A stretch of DNA of 64,000 nt. It comes from Blastocatellia bacterium (GTDB taxonomy: Bacteria; Acidobacteriota; Blastocatellia; UBA7656). Of the stretch, positions 38,236 to 49,613 are shown piece by piece. The stretch covers positions 160,001 to 224,000 of the forward strand of contig CAVXWP010000016.1 in assembly GCA_963765495.1 (NCBI GenBank), read 5' to 3'. The notes beneath the pieces were generated by a model. It worked only from the letters and a program-made list of their open reading frames with translations, was not told where the DNA came from and searched no databases. The first letter of the stretch is position 1; each line of letters starts with the position of its first letter. Made by a program: the position numbers and the translations under genes.

Positions 38236-40296
38236 CTACGACTGCTGCGCCTTGACTCGTTCTATTGAGGCGCGAGCTTCGGCCACGACATTCTCGACAG
38301 TAAAGCCGAACTGTTTGAGCAATTCCTTGAGCGGGGCCGACGCGCCGAAATCGCGTCGCGCGATTATGCCGCCGTCAATGCCTACATACCGGCGCCAGCC
38401 CAGACTCGAACCGGCTTCGATTGCCACGCGCGCGCGCACCCCTGGCGGAAGCACGCTTGCGCGGTACTCCTCCGGCTGCCGCTCGAATATTTCATAGCTC
38501 GGTATGCTGACTACGCGAGACTTGATCCCTTCGGATGTAAGTTGCTCGTGAGCCGCCATACACCATTGAAGTTCGCTGCCTGTGCCCATCAGTATGACAT
38601 CCGGGGTCCCATCGGAATCGGCGACGATATAGGCACCCTTATGCACGCCTTCGGCCGAGCCGTATTTCTCGCGGTCAATGGTCGGAAGCGGCTGGCGGCT
38701 GAGTATGAGCGCAACGGGGTGATGTTTCTCGGTCATTATGAAGCGCCAGGCCTGGGCCACTTCGTTGCCGTCGGCGGGGCGCAGCACGATCAGTTGCGGA
38801 ATGGCGCGCAAGGAGATCAGATGTTCGATAGGCTGGTGAGTGGGTCCGTCTTCGCCTACGCCGATTGAATCGTGCGTAAAAATATAGGTGACGGGCAATT
38901 CCATAAGCGATGATAGCCGTATCGAAGCGCGCATGTAATCGGAGAAGATCAGGAAGCCCGATCCGTAAGCGCGCAGTTTGGCAAGCCCCATCCCGTTTAC
39001 CATCGAGCCCATAGCGTGTTCGCGAATTCCGAAGTGGAAATTGCGGCCCGAATAATCGTTTGCCTCGAAGTCTCCGCCATCGTTTAGACGGGTCTTGGTC
39101 GAAGGGGCAAGGTCGGCTGCGCCTCCGATGAGCCACGGCACATTTTTGGCGATGGCGTTGAGGACCTTCGCGCTCGCGTCGCGTCCGGCCACGCCTTTTT
39201 CATCGGTCGGGAAAACGGGGATGTCTTTGTCCCAGCCTTCGGGCAGATTGCCCGCCTGCATGGTTTCCCATTCCGAGGCAAGCTCGGGGTGCGCCTCTTT
39301 ATAAGCGGCGAATCGTTCGCTCCATTCGGCCTCGGCCTTCGCGCCACGATCTATGGCTCCCTGTGTCATGTATTGCGTGGTCTCGTCAGGCACGAGGAAT
39401 TTGGCATCGGGCGGCCAGCCGTAACGCTGCTTGGTTAATCGGATCTCTTCTTCGCCAAGCGGCTCGCCGTGCGCGGCTGATGTGTCCTGTTTGTTTGGCG
39501 CGCCCCAGGCGATGTGGCTGTCTACGATGATGAGCGTCGGGCGCTCGGTCTCTTTTTCGGCGGTGCGAAGCGCTTGATCCAGAAGTTCGAGATCGTTTGC
39601 ATCGCCTACGCGCAGAACGTTCCAGTGATAAGACATGAAGCGCGTGCCAACGTCGTCGCTAAATGCGAGCGCCGTATTTCCTTCGATGGTGATGTGGTTG
39701 TTGTCGTAAATCCAGACAAGATTACTGAGCTTTAGATGACCTGCAAGCGATGCCGCTTCCTGAGAGATGCCTTCCATCATGCAGCCGTCGCCCGCGATGG
39801 CATAGACGCGGTGATCGACTATCTCGTGGCCGGGGCGGTTATAGCGAGCCGCAAGCCATCGCTCGGCTATGGCCATGCCTACCGATGTAGCCACGCCCTG
39901 ACCGAGCGGGCCTGTGGTCGTCTCTATGCCCGGGGTCAATCCGTATTCGGGGTGGCCCGGCGTGAGCGATCCCCACTGGCGAAACCGCTTCAGCTCTTCG
40001 AGCGGAAGATCGTAACCCGACAGGTGAAGCATCGAGTAGAGCAGCATGGAGGCGTGGCCGGCCGAAAGCACAAAGCGGTCACGGTTTGGCCATTGCGGAT
40101 TGCGCGGGTTGTGGCGCAGGAAGCGATCCCACAAAACGTAGGCAACCGGCGCAAGCGCCATCGGAGTTCCGGGATGCCCGGAATTGGCCTGCTGCACCCC
40201 GTCCATCGCAAGCGTTCTTATAGTGTTTATACAAAGCTCGTCGAGCCTCTTATCATGGCTCGCGGAATCGTCGGCCGGCTTCATAGCATGACTCAT
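38236..40296 (-). CDS. tkt: Transketolase
   Basis: [52 protein letters not shown]. Confidence 0.97.
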   Translation of the reverse strand: MSHAMKPADDSASHDKRLDELCINTIRTLAMDGVQQANSGHPGTPMALAPVAYVLWDRFLRHNPRNPQWPNRDRFVLSAGHASMLLYSMLHLSGYDLPLEELKRFRQWGSLTPGHPEYGLTPGIETTTGPLGQGVATSVGMAIAERWLAARYNRPGHEIVDHRVYAIAGDGCMMEGISQEAASLAGHLKLSNLVWIYDNNHITIEGNTALAFSDDVGTRFMSYHWNVLRVGDANDLELLDQALRTAEKETERPTLIIVDSHIAWGAPNKQDTSAAHGEPLGEEEIRLTKQRYGWPPDAKFLVPDETTQYMTQGAIDRGAKAEAEWSERFAAYKEAHPELASEWETMQAGNLPEGWDKDIPVFPTDEKGVAGRDASAKVLNAIAKNVPWLIGGAADLAPSTKTRLNDGGDFEANDYSGRNFHFGIREHAMGSMVNGMGLAKLRAYGSGFLIFSDYMRASIRLSSLMELPVTYIFTHDSIGVGEDGPTHQPIEHLISLRAIPQLIVLRPADGNEVAQAWRFIMTEKHHPVALILSRQPLPTIDREKYGSAEGVHKGAYIVADSDGTPDVILMGTGSELQWCMAAHEQLTSEGIKSRVVSIPSYEIFERQPEEYRASVLPPGVRARVAIEAGSSLGWRRYVGIDGGIIARRDFGASAPLKELLKQFGFTVENVVAEARASIERVKAQQS

Positions 40297-40431
40297 AATA
40301 TCTATTTCTCCTTTTCCCAAGTATCATCACCCGCAGGTGTACTAATGAGAGGATTATTTCTCGACTGGCAGCCGTTCGGGCGGGCCGGACGGTTGCCGAA
40401 TTTCTGTCTGCGATGCTGATCGGCGCAGTCT

Positions 40432-40668
40432 CTATTCGGAGATGTCTTGAACAGTTTCGGATTTTGCGATCAACTCCTGCTCGGCCTGCAACCAATCATC
40501 AAGAGCGCTGCCGTGCGCGTCCCCACGCGCCATATAAATCTCGTAAGCTCGCCCGGCTATCGCTTCTTGCGCGGGATAGTTTTCGATGGCGGTCTCATCC
40601 GTTGCCGAAGAAGAAATCTCTTCGATTATACTGCTCTCTTTTTCTTCGCCTCTTGCTGTTTCTGCCAT
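40432..40668 (-). CDS. DUF2934-domain small acidic protein
   Basis: IAGRAYEIYMARG..HG..DDWLQAEQEL signature. Confidence 0.85.
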   Translation of the reverse strand: MAETARGEEKESSIIEEISSSATDETAIENYPAQEAIAGRAYEIYMARGDAHGSALDDWLQAEQELIAKSETVQDISE

Positions 40669-41022
40669 GGTGGCTCCCTCCTCACATTACAAATTCCCTA
40701 TGAGGGTTTTCCCTTTGGCCTGCTCGATTGAAGGGGTATCGAAGTGAAAGTGCTGCCTCCAGGAAGTCCAAAACCATTATGACTTATCCTTACTTACCTG
40801 ACGCGGAGTACGCCCTGACACAAAAAATATTATGATGGGAAACCGCCTTCAGCAGATGCCGCGAGATTATACCTTTTGAACAATTAAGTCAACAAAAAGC
40901 AGCGAAAAACGATGTCACGGTGAGGTGCTTCACAAAGTTTTCAGCTTGAAAGAAAACGCGAAGTGAGGTGAATGGCAACGGGCGTCTCTTCGGGCCATAT
41001 TCAGCATATCTTCGGTCCTGTT

Positions 41023-43725
41023 TCAGTCTCTCCATTCGTCTATCAATGAGGCCACGAGGCCGGTCCATCCGGTCTGGTGCGATGCGCCTATGCCTGCGCC
41101 GCTATCGCCGTGAAAGAACTCGTAAAAAAGAATATAATCGCGCCAGTGCGGGTCTTCTTGAAACTTGGGCGTCCCGCCGTAAACGGCTCGCCTGCCATCC
41201 TGGTCTCTCGTAAATATATTGATCATGCGGTTGGCTATACCCTCGGCCATCTCGGATAGAGTCACCTTTCGACCTTCGTCACCCGGCACAGCCACGCTGA
41301 AACTCGGGCCGTAGGCCTTGCCCAGTTTTCTGAGCGACTCGATGATCAAAAAGGTGGTCGGGAACCAGACAGGCCCGCGCCAGTTTGAATTCCCGCCCTT
41401 GATCTTATTGTCGGATTCGGCAGGCTCATAACGCACTTCGTTCGACCCGTAAATGAAAGGGTTGTGCTCGTGGAATTTCGACATGCTCCGAATCCCGTAA
41501 TCGGACAGGAATTCGTTCGGATCATAGAGTCGCTCAAGTATCCGCTTCATTTGATTGTCGTCTACTATCGCAAGGACATAGACATCCATATCGTCGTGCT
41601 TTATCAAATGGCAGCACCGCTGCACTATATCCTGCCGGTTTCTGACAAACCATTCGAGGTTGGACTGGAATTCGGCAAAGGGCTTTATCCAGTCCACTTC
41701 AAGCCGCTCGATTGCATAAATGGGGATAAGCCCGACCAGCGAGCGAACGCGGAACTTGTGAAAGCTTCCGTCCGGGTACCTGAGCACATCATAAAAGAAA
41801 CCGTCTCGCTCGTCCCACAAAGAGTAATCCCGCCCGCCCATGTGTTTCATCGCAGCGCCCACATAGATGTAGTGCTGGAAAAATTTCGTAGCCAGGCTCT
41901 CGTATACTTTATTCTCTTTGGCGAGTTCGAGCGCGATCCGCATGAGGTTCTGACAAAACATCCCCATCCAGCCCGTGGCGTCGGACTGTTCGAGCTTTAC
42001 GCCGCCCGGCAGTTTCTCGCTGCGGTCGATGACGGTGATGTTGTCGAGACCGAGGAATCCGCCTTCAAAGACGTTGTTACCTTCGCTGTCTACCTTGTTG
42101 ACCCACCACGCGAAATTTATAAGCAGCTTGTGAAAACATTTCTCAAGCCAGGCGCGGTCGGCCACGCCCGATCTTATGCGGTCCATGTTGTAGACACGCC
42201 AGCAGGCCCACGCGTGAACGGGCGGATTCAGATCCGAAAACTCCCACTCATAGGCCGGAATCTGTCCGTTGGGATGCTGGAACTGCTCGAATAGCATCAG
42301 CCATAGCTGCTCTTTTGCAAATTCGCCGTCAACAAGCGCAAGCGCCACACAATGAAATGCGAGGTCCCAGGCGGCAAACCACGGGTACTCCCACTTATCG
42401 GGCATCGAAAGTATCCGCATAGAGTTCAAATGACGCCAGTGAGCATTTCGAATATTTTGGCGCGATTCGGGCGGGGGGAAATTCGGATTATCGCCCTCAA
42501 GCCAGACGTCTACGTCGAACAGGTAGCTCTGTTTTGTCCAGAGCAATCCGGCGAACGCCTGCCGCTGGATTCGCCGCTCGTCTTCGCTCGCCTTTGCCGG
42601 ATGAATCGTCGCGTAAAACTCGTCGGCTTCCTCCCGTTGCCTCTCGACTATTTCGTCAACCTCACCAACAGCCGCATCCAGAGCCTCGGGAGCAAGTCTC
42701 AGCCTTATGACCACCGACCCGCCCGCAGGCACCATGCGCTCGTATCTGAGGCAGGCTTTCGTTCCTTCATTTGCCGGATTTGTCGCCTCTTCGCCGTCGA
42801 CTATGCGACGGTGGAACGCGTCCTTGACGTAAGGCTTGTTATTTACGGCCTGCGGCCCGTAGAGACGCTGGTTATTGCTCTCGTTATAGGTGAACATCAC
42901 TTCCGCGCCCGCTTCGGCGTAAAGGAACCGCTCGCCAAGGCGGTATTCAAACGGAAGGTTTGGAAGCATCTTTGCGGTTGAATCATCGGCCACGAGGCTT
43001 ATAAAGCCCTCGCCCGACGGACCCACGCGGATTTCAGGCTCCGGGCCGGGCGGATCGGTCCACGCCCAGGTGTTGCGAAACCACAGGTGCGGAATTATTT
43101 GAAGCATTGCTGCTTCCGGGCCGCGATTGAAGGCTTCGATTCGGATGGAGATATCGTCGGGCGAACTCTTTGCGTACTCTACAAAGACATCGAAATACCT
43201 GTCTTCATCGAATATGCCCGTATCGAGCAATTCGTATTCAAGCCCGCGCCCGCCCCGGCTGCGGTTCTCTTCGACGAGATGAGCGTAGGGGTACTCCGAC
43301 TGCGGATACTTGTAAAGATATTTCATGTAGGAGTGCGTAGGAGTGCTGTCGAGGTAGAAGTAATAATCCTTCACGTCCTCGCCGTGATTGGCTTCGCCCG
43401 GGGTGAGACCAAAAGGGCGCTCTTTCAATATGGGGTCGCGCCCGTTCCAGAGCGCAAGCGCGAAGGCCAGCAACTGGTAGCGATCCGAGATTCCGGCCAG
43501 CCCGTCTTCACCCCATCTGTATGTCTTGCTTCGGGCCTGGTCGTGCGTCAGGTAATCCCATGCACCGCCGTTCGGGCTATAATCTTCGCGCACAGTACCC
43601 CAGGCCCGCTCACTCAGGTACGGACCCCAGCGTCTCCAGGGAGGAATACCGCCGCCGGACTTCTGTTTTAATCTTTCGTGTTCTTTGGTTTGAGCAGGAG
43701 TCTCTTTCGCCTGATTATTTTCCAT
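41023..43725 (-). CDS. GH63 / MGH1-like glycoside hydrolase (glucosidase)
   Basis: [55 protein letters not shown]. Confidence 0.9.
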   Translation of the reverse strand: MENNQAKETPAQTKEHERLKQKSGGGIPPWRRWGPYLSERAWGTVREDYSPNGGAWDYLTHDQARSKTYRWGEDGLAGISDRYQLLAFALALWNGRDPILKERPFGLTPGEANHGEDVKDYYFYLDSTPTHSYMKYLYKYPQSEYPYAHLVEENRSRGGRGLEYELLDTGIFDEDRYFDVFVEYAKSSPDDISIRIEAFNRGPEAAMLQIIPHLWFRNTWAWTDPPGPEPEIRVGPSGEGFISLVADDSTAKMLPNLPFEYRLGERFLYAEAGAEVMFTYNESNNQRLYGPQAVNNKPYVKDAFHRRIVDGEEATNPANEGTKACLRYERMVPAGGSVVIRLRLAPEALDAAVGEVDEIVERQREEADEFYATIHPAKASEDERRIQRQAFAGLLWTKQSYLFDVDVWLEGDNPNFPPPESRQNIRNAHWRHLNSMRILSMPDKWEYPWFAAWDLAFHCVALALVDGEFAKEQLWLMLFEQFQHPNGQIPAYEWEFSDLNPPVHAWACWRVYNMDRIRSGVADRAWLEKCFHKLLINFAWWVNKVDSEGNNVFEGGFLGLDNITVIDRSEKLPGGVKLEQSDATGWMGMFCQNLMRIALELAKENKVYESLATKFFQHYIYVGAAMKHMGGRDYSLWDERDGFFYDVLRYPDGSFHKFRVRSLVGLIPIYAIERLEVDWIKPFAEFQSNLEWFVRNRQDIVQRCCHLIKHDDMDVYVLAIVDDNQMKRILERLYDPNEFLSDYGIRSMSKFHEHNPFIYGSNEVRYEPAESDNKIKGGNSNWRGPVWFPTTFLIIESLRKLGKAYGPSFSVAVPGDEGRKVTLSEMAEGIANRMINIFTRDQDGRRAVYGGTPKFQEDPHWRDYILFYEFFHGDSGAGIGASHQTGWTGLVASLIDEWRD

Positions 43726-43750
43726 TGATCCTCGATGACGGAAGAAGGAA

Positions 43751-43894
43751 GGGATGAAGCATTTCAGGAGGGATGAGGGATGAGGGATGAAAAGGATTTT
43801 CAGGGATTCCCTGATAACAGCTTGAGTCGCTTTTCACCGAGTCCTCTCGCCACAATCCTTTTCATCCCTCATCCCTCATCCCTTATCCCTTATC
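43751..43894. repeat. Inverted heptamer-array element, family B copy 2
   Basis: atttcagga-(gggatga)x3-core-(tcatccc)x3. Reverse-complement homolog of 19668-19790; contains the PP2C stop codon. Confidence 0.8.
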
Positions 43895-45267
43895 GTATAC
43901 TCCACACGGCTGACAGGCGCTGTTGCATCAGGGGCGTTCTGTTGTTCCATGTGGGGCTTATAGTAGTAATAGTAATAAAAGAAAAAGGCGGCTCCGGCCA
44001 GAAGCAGCAACGATATAAAGGCTATAACGAAGATCGCCGTGTAATTCCTCCTTTTGGGCAACAACGGTTTTGAAACCGTTACCGGACGTTGGGCTTCCGT
44101 TTGCGGTGGGGCCTGCTGCACGGGTACGGGCTGAGTGGGGATGGATTCCTGATCCACAGTTGCCGGGGAGCCTGCGATTGCCGTCGAAGAGAGGAGCGCG
44201 GTTTCCGGCGAACTGCCTGAGGTTTCCGTAGCCAGTTCCCGCGTGCTCCGGTCTTGCGAGTCTGCCTCCGGGGATTCAACAGGCGATTGAGATTTTAATG
44301 CCTGCATCACCATCGTTGTGGGCGGGGCTGCTGATTCGGAAGGCTTGGGCGGCTCGTAATGGGCGGCAAGCCCGGAAGCTTTTTCGCTCAGATAATCTTC
44401 ACTTATGGCCATGAAGCTTCCGGTGATCGAGTTGGTGTCGGTGGCCGTGTGCAGCGCTTCCCCGTCGAATCGGGCTACGATGACCGTTATGTTGTCTTCG
44501 CCGCCCCGTTCGTTGGCAATCTCTACGAGTCGGCGGCAGGCGATGGTCAGACTGTCGGATTTTTCGACTATCTCGCGCATCTCGGGGGCTTTGATCTTGT
44601 TCGACAGCCCGTCGCTACAAACCAAAAGCGAGTCGTTGCGAAAGAGTTTGACGCCCGTGAGCGCGACCTTGACGGTCGGCTGAGTTCCGAGCGCCTGCAT
44701 TATGACATTCTGAGGCACGGAGCCGATCTGATCGGGCTGTATGGCTCCCGAATCGACGAGCATCTGGGCGAGAGACTGATCCTTGGTGAGTTGTTTGATC
44801 TGTGAGCCTCTCACCAGATAAGCGCGGGAATCACCTACCTGCGCGATATATGCGACCGTGTCGTGCGCAAGCACCGCCGTAAGAGTTGCGCCCATTCCAG
44901 AGAGTTCCGGGTTTTGCTGCGCGTGGTTCCATATGCGCTCGTTGGCGATCTCGGTCGCCATTCTGAGGCTGTCGGAGATGTTCAAATCGAGAGGCATCTC
45001 CATCAGAGAGTCTCGAATGGTCGTCACCGCAAGTTCTGAGGCTATCTCACCGGCGACAGCTCCGCCCATGCCGTCGGAAACAACCATGAGGCTTCCTCGT
45101 TCGCCTATGCGATGTTTGCTCATATCGGGTCCAAGCCCAACGTTGCCTGTAGTCAGGTCGGCGACCAGAAAGGCATCTTCGTTTCCGCTGCGTTGCATCC
45201 CTATATCTGTTCGAGCAAATACATGGAGTTGTATGTCATTCATCGGCGGTCTTAAAGATGTAGCCAC
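43876..45267 (-). CDS. PP2C/PPM Ser/Thr phosphatase (Stp1/PrpC-like) with C-terminal TM anchor
   Basis: TDIG..R..NED, VSDGMGG, MGATLT, VGDSRAY, CSDGL, GGEDNITV. Start approximate. Confidence 0.92.
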   Translation of the reverse strand: MATSLRPPMNDIQLHVFARTDIGMQRSGNEDAFLVADLTTGNVGLGPDMSKHRIGERGSLMVVSDGMGGAVAGEIASELAVTTIRDSLMEMPLDLNISDSLRMATEIANERIWNHAQQNPELSGMGATLTAVLAHDTVAYIAQVGDSRAYLVRGSQIKQLTKDQSLAQMLVDSGAIQPDQIGSVPQNVIMQALGTQPTVKVALTGVKLFRNDSLLVCSDGLSNKIKAPEMREIVEKSDSLTIACRRLVEIANERGGEDNITVIVARFDGEALHTATDTNSITGSFMAISEDYLSEKASGLAAHYEPPKPSESAAPPTTMVMQALKSQSPVESPEADSQDRSTRELATETSGSSPETALLSSTAIAGSPATVDQESIPTQPVPVQQAPPQTEAQRPVTVSKPLLPKRRNYTAIFVIAFISLLLLAGAAFFFYYYYYYKPHMEQQNAPDATAPVSRVEYTIRDKG

Positions 45268-45301
45268 GTACATCCCCTCCAAAGTTTCAGTAGCAATGCG
45301 C

Positions 45302-46399
45302 CTAAACCTCAAAACGAAATAGCTGTTTGCCAATAAGGATCATATCCCCGGGCTTTAGTTCTACCTCGCCTTTGATCCGAATAAAGGAGCCGTTGCGGCT
45401 GCCTTCATCTGTAAGTATAAATGAGGAGCCGCGCTGCACGATGCGAGCGTGTCGGCCCGACATGAAGCCGTCGTGCGGGAAAGAGATATCGCCAGCGGTC
45501 CGGCCTATCACCGTATCGTCTTTCAGTTCATATATCTCTCCCTGCTGGCCTCCCTCCATTATAAGATGAAGTCGGCCCTTTGGCTGCGCGGCAACCGAAG
45601 ACATTACTATAGTTTTGGCCACAGTCATAGGCGAACCGCAGGCGGCGCAAAATGAACTGCCGGGGTTGTTCTGATGACTGCACTGCGGACAGGGCACGGT
45701 CCCCTTGGCCGGAGGTGGCACGGATTGGCCTATCACGGTTTCCATGCCTCTTCCGGGCGGCTTATCGGCAGGCGGTTGAGAAGCGATAGTAGCACGCCCC
45801 TGTGTAATCTCATCATCCCTGACAGGCGTGCGTTCTACGACTGTGGGCTTCCCCGGCGGAAATCTCGGATCGGATACGGGTATTTGATTTGGAACCGTTG
45901 TCTTCCCGTGTTGGTACGGATCGTTTGCGGGCGGGCGCTGCGCGGGCGGCGACACCGGAGTGTTAGCCCTCTCTTCCATCGGCTGATTTGGTCTCAGTTG
46001 CGGCTGGTCCATAACCGTCGCCTGCCCCGGTTGAAATCTGGGATCATTTATAGGAGTTTGAGCGATGACGGTTCTCTGTTCCTCTTGAGCGCGCTGCTGT
46101 CCTGGGGGCGGAGAGATCGGAGCCGATTGCTGAAGCTTGCTCCCGCACTGCTGACAGAAGGCCCATCCCATTTCATTCATGGTCTGGCAGGTCGGGCACT
46201 GAATTCCCTGCGAATTTGACGAACCCGATTCGGATTGCCCGGAATTCTGTCCCGAGAAGACCACCGTAGGCGGCAGCGAGTCGGCTCTTTCCGGGCGCGG
46301 GCCGCCCGGCATGCTGGCCGCGCCCAGAGGGGTCGCGCACATGCGGCAGACCATAGCGGTCGGTTTGTTCTCAGCACCACACTTAGGACAGGTAATCAT
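45302..46399 (-). CDS. Zinc-ribbon repeats + Pro/Gln-rich linker + C-terminal FHA domain protein
   Basis: Three CxxC..CxxC ribbons; IGR..MSGRHA..GSRNGS FHA. Confidence 0.88.
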   Translation of the reverse strand: MITCPKCGAENKPTAMVCRMCATPLGAASMPGGPRPERADSLPPTVVFSGQNSGQSESGSSNSQGIQCPTCQTMNEMGWAFCQQCGSKLQQSAPISPPPGQQRAQEEQRTVIAQTPINDPRFQPGQATVMDQPQLRPNQPMEERANTPVSPPAQRPPANDPYQHGKTTVPNQIPVSDPRFPPGKPTVVERTPVRDDEITQGRATIASQPPADKPPGRGMETVIGQSVPPPAKGTVPCPQCSHQNNPGSSFCAACGSPMTVAKTIVMSSVAAQPKGRLHLIMEGGQQGEIYELKDDTVIGRTAGDISFPHDGFMSGRHARIVQRGSSFILTDEGSRNGSFIRIKGEVELKPGDMILIGKQLFRFEV

Positions 46400-46931
46400 T
46401 TTATAAGCACTCCTTAGATCATTGCCAGCCTAGCCATTATACGAAAAGGCAAACTTTATGAAAACATGAAAGTCATAGCAAAGCCATAGCAATGATTCCA
46501 TCGTAATAATCCATTTTATAGAATATATGCTATTTATTAAAGACTCCCAGATGTTAGCCAAGAATACAACGAAGCCGTGGATGAAGCAAGCGTGATTCTG
46601 AAACTACCTCTCATATGAATCCGCATTTACAAAGGCACTCCTTAAAGGGCTGTGATCGGGCATAAACGGTCATACTCGTTTCGGCAATCGCTATTTCCCG
46701 ATTATCTGCGCCCCCATTCGGTTTAAGAGACCAGTAAAGTCAGGGGCATTCGATTTTCAGGCAGTTGTTTGCTTATTCGGCAGCCCCCCTTTCTTCTGCC
46801 AGAGCCGAATGGTCCGAGAGTTAATGAAGAATTAATGATGAAGAATTAGAATAGTGATATTGCCTCTTACGGCGGTGTCGGGGCAAACCAATTCCAGAAA
46901 AGATGCGGTATATGTACAAGGAGGAAAATGC

Positions 46932-48050
46932 ATGAGGCAAAGTACCCGTACTGAAAAACTCAAAGGCTTCTTCACAGGAACAACCTTACTCGTCTTCGGT
47001 TTTGCCCCGGTCGTCACCTGGCTACAAGGACCGGAGAATTCCAAGGATAAAGCCGGTATAAAGGCGTCTTCGAATATGTCCGCTCCCGCAGTCGCAACCG
47101 TCTCGGCAATAGTTGAAACGGCTCCGGTCCCACATCCTGAGGATGCAGCCGATGATCCTGCCATCTGGATCAATCCTCTGGACCCGTCCAGAAGCACTAT
47201 AATCGGAACCGATAAGCAGGGCGGGCTTGGCGTATACGATCTCGATGGAAAAGAGATTCAATATGTGCCTGCCGGACGAGTCGACAATGTCGATATTCGC
47301 TCAGGCTTTCCGCTCTCGGGGCAGGCGGTGGATGTCGTCACGGCAAGCAACCGCACCAACAATACCATAGCGATCTACAAGGTTAATCCTTCTACGCGTA
47401 TGCTCGAAGAAGCGGCTGCTCGCCCTATAGAAACAGTCCTGGCTTACGGCGCTTGCATGTATCGAAGCGCGAAGACAAACAAATACTATTACTTCGTCAC
47501 AAGCAAGACCGGAGTGGTCGAACAGTGGGAATTGTTTGATAACAATAAGGGGAAGATTGACGCCAGAAAAGCGCGCAGTTTCAAGGTCGGGGGCAAGATA
47601 GAAGGCTGTGTGGCAGACGACGAACTCGATTATTTCTATGTGTCTGAAGAAGTATTAGGCATATGGAAATACGGCGCGGAACCCGACGCGGGCGAAGATC
47701 GCGCTATCGTGGACAGAGCGGGAGGGGGAGGACCCCTTGTTGCCGATATAGAAGGGCTGGCAATCGCCTATGGCAAAAATGGAACCGGCTATCTGATCGC
47801 TTCAAGTCAGGGCGACAACTCTTTTGCGATCTATCGCCGCGAAGGCAAAAACGAGTTTGTCAAATCATTCAGAATCGTCGCGGGCAAACAGACGGATGGC
47901 GTTGAAGAGACCGACGGCATTGATGTGACTACATTAAATCTGGGGCCGCGTTTCCCCTCGGGTCTCTTCGTAGCTCAGGACGGGATCAATGATAACGGCA
48001 ACCAGAATTTCAAGCTCGTCCCCTGGAATACGATCATAGAAGACAGATAA
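46932..48050 (+). CDS. phy: Beta-propeller (3-)phytase, exported
   Basis: [61 protein letters not shown]. Confidence 0.93.
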   Translation: MRQSTRTEKLKGFFTGTTLLVFGFAPVVTWLQGPENSKDKAGIKASSNMSAPAVATVSAIVETAPVPHPEDAADDPAIWINPLDPSRSTIIGTDKQGGLGVYDLDGKEIQYVPAGRVDNVDIRSGFPLSGQAVDVVTASNRTNNTIAIYKVNPSTRMLEEAAARPIETVLAYGACMYRSAKTNKYYYFVTSKTGVVEQWELFDNNKGKIDARKARSFKVGGKIEGCVADDELDYFYVSEEVLGIWKYGAEPDAGEDRAIVDRAGGGGPLVADIEGLAIAYGKNGTGYLIASSQGDNSFAIYRREGKNEFVKSFRIVAGKQTDGVEETDGIDVTTLNLGPRFPSGLFVAQDGINDNGNQNFKLVPWNTIIEDR

Positions 48051-48104
48051 ATCTGACTCGCTTTAAGGCGCAGAGGACAAATCAAACGGAATACGAATCA
48101 AAGT

Positions 48105-48143
48105 ATAAGGCTCCGCTCCTAACTGTGGGAGCGGGGCCTTATT
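48105..48143. terminator. Hairpin terminator between convergent genes
   Basis: ataagggctccgctcc-taactgt-gggagcggggccttatt. Confidence 0.65.
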
Positions 48144-48210
48144 ACATGGGGCCTTATTACATGGGGCCTTGTTATATTGGCGCGCTTATATTGGCGCGAA
48201 AACTGGCGCG
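48133..48210. repeat. Short intergenic tandem repeats (15-bp ggggccttattacat, 13-bp ttatattggcgcg)
   Basis: Directly visible direct repeats extending from the hairpin arm. Confidence 0.75.
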
Positions 48211-48237
48211 CACCGATGAGCAATCAGAGCCGGTAGA

Positions 48238-49359
48238 TTATCTGGCCTGTTGACCGACCGAAGACTTCAACTCGTTGATCTTTTGAATTATGCGAGTCGA
48301 AAACCCGCTGATTTCATCCGGGGTTGCTCCGGCGGCCTTGAAGGCATCTCGTATCTGCTTATCAGAAAGCTGGCCGATTATCCCTGCAAACCATCTGGCA
48401 TGCTCGACCGGGACCGATTCCAGTGACGCAGACATCTTGCCCGAATAGTGCAGCTTTATTTTATTGCCCGAAACCCTGTCGATAAATGCCTGCTTGCTGA
48501 AATCTTTCAAATCCCATTTCGTATGAGAAAAGTATCCGCCCGATTTGCCGAGCGTGCCGCCCCAATCCGACACGATATACCAGTCCTTCACATTGTCGTC
48601 GTCGTCATACATTCCAAGAACATTGTTGTTGTCCGTCTTGGCGTCCCAGTTATTGAGAAGCACGATCAGGATTGCCAGCCCGGAAAGCTCCTTTGAACCG
48701 GCGAAAGGATTCCTGTCCCAAGACCACCTGACATTGCGCCGGGCTATCGAGTCGGGGCGCTTCTCAAACATCGCGTTTGTAAACGACCCGTCCGAGCCTA
48801 TAAACCTCTTTGCCCTGCCAAGCCCGGTCACCCCCGAAACCTTGCCGGAGGGAACAAAATAGCTCTCTTCAACCATATAGCCCGCGGCCCAGACGATACG
48901 GCTGGCGGCGACCTCGGCATTCACCTCTTCATCAAATTTCACATTCCATTTAACGCCGTCCGCATCAATCACTTTGATCTTCGGATTCGTCCCCGTAACA
49001 TCCTCTTTTTCAAAGGTAAAAGGAGGCTTGGGCGTAAGGTCCGGTCCGCCTATACCCCAGAAGAGGTCAAGCTGCGATATGTCGCCGCGATCCTCCCACA
49101 AAGCGGGAACGCCGTTTTCCGTAGGCGCTTCCGAATCTTCTCCCTTGTGCTTTTTCCCCTTTTTGCCTTTCTTGCCTTTCTTGCCTTTCTTATCCTTTTT
49201 CTGGATCGCTGTGAAGGCCGTCGCGCCGTTGGAATCGCCGGTCTTTATCCTCGACCTGCCTTCAACCGAAACGGGGGCGAACCCGACGGAGCCAATCATT
49301 AGGATCAAAGCAAGGATAGCCGACCCAAACCCTGAATTCTTGAATATGTTGATTCTCAT
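48238..49359 (-). CDS. Exported hypothetical protein with atypical protein-kinase-like motifs and a Lys-rich (KKG)n linker
   Basis: Signal peptide; NVKFDEE..AEVAA, NNWDAKTDNN, SDWG. Confidence 0.7.
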   Translation of the reverse strand: MRINIFKNSGFGSAILALILMIGSVGFAPVSVEGRSRIKTGDSNGATAFTAIQKKDKKGKKGKKGKKGKKHKGEDSEAPTENGVPALWEDRGDISQLDLFWGIGGPDLTPKPPFTFEKEDVTGTNPKIKVIDADGVKWNVKFDEEVNAEVAASRIVWAAGYMVEESYFVPSGKVSGVTGLGRAKRFIGSDGSFTNAMFEKRPDSIARRNVRWSWDRNPFAGSKELSGLAILIVLLNNWDAKTDNNNVLGMYDDDDNVKDWYIVSDWGGTLGKSGGYFSHTKWDLKDFSKQAFIDRVSGNKIKLHYSGKMSASLESVPVEHARWFAGIIGQLSDKQIRDAFKAAGATPDEISGFSTRIIQKINELKSSVGQQAR

Positions 49360-49613
49360 AAGTAACTCCTTCATTCCTTGTACGAAAGCCCAACCCTTAA
49401 GGGATTTGACCGAAAGGCGAATCAATTCTTGCGAGAGGCGGGATTCGCCGTTTCCTTACCCACTGCTCATCGCTTTTGATAGCGGATCGTTTAGCTGAGA
49501 CTAACCCGAGTGAGAGTCATTAAGAAATTTCAAACATGCCGAGTGGAAAAGATAAACCCACTTCTGCGGGGTGTCAAATACTTCTTCGATTTGGAGGCGG
49601 GCGGGTCGAAGGT

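Noticed and set aside
46445-46490. aaggcaaac..gaaa..gcaaagcc resembles the 5' half of a c-di-GMP-I riboswitch
   Set aside because: It lacks the GACGCAAAG junction and a recognisable P3/closing stem. It overlaps the likely promoter of the minus-strand gene and is about 450 nt from the next + gene. An Infernal scan with the c-di-GMP-I model would settle it.
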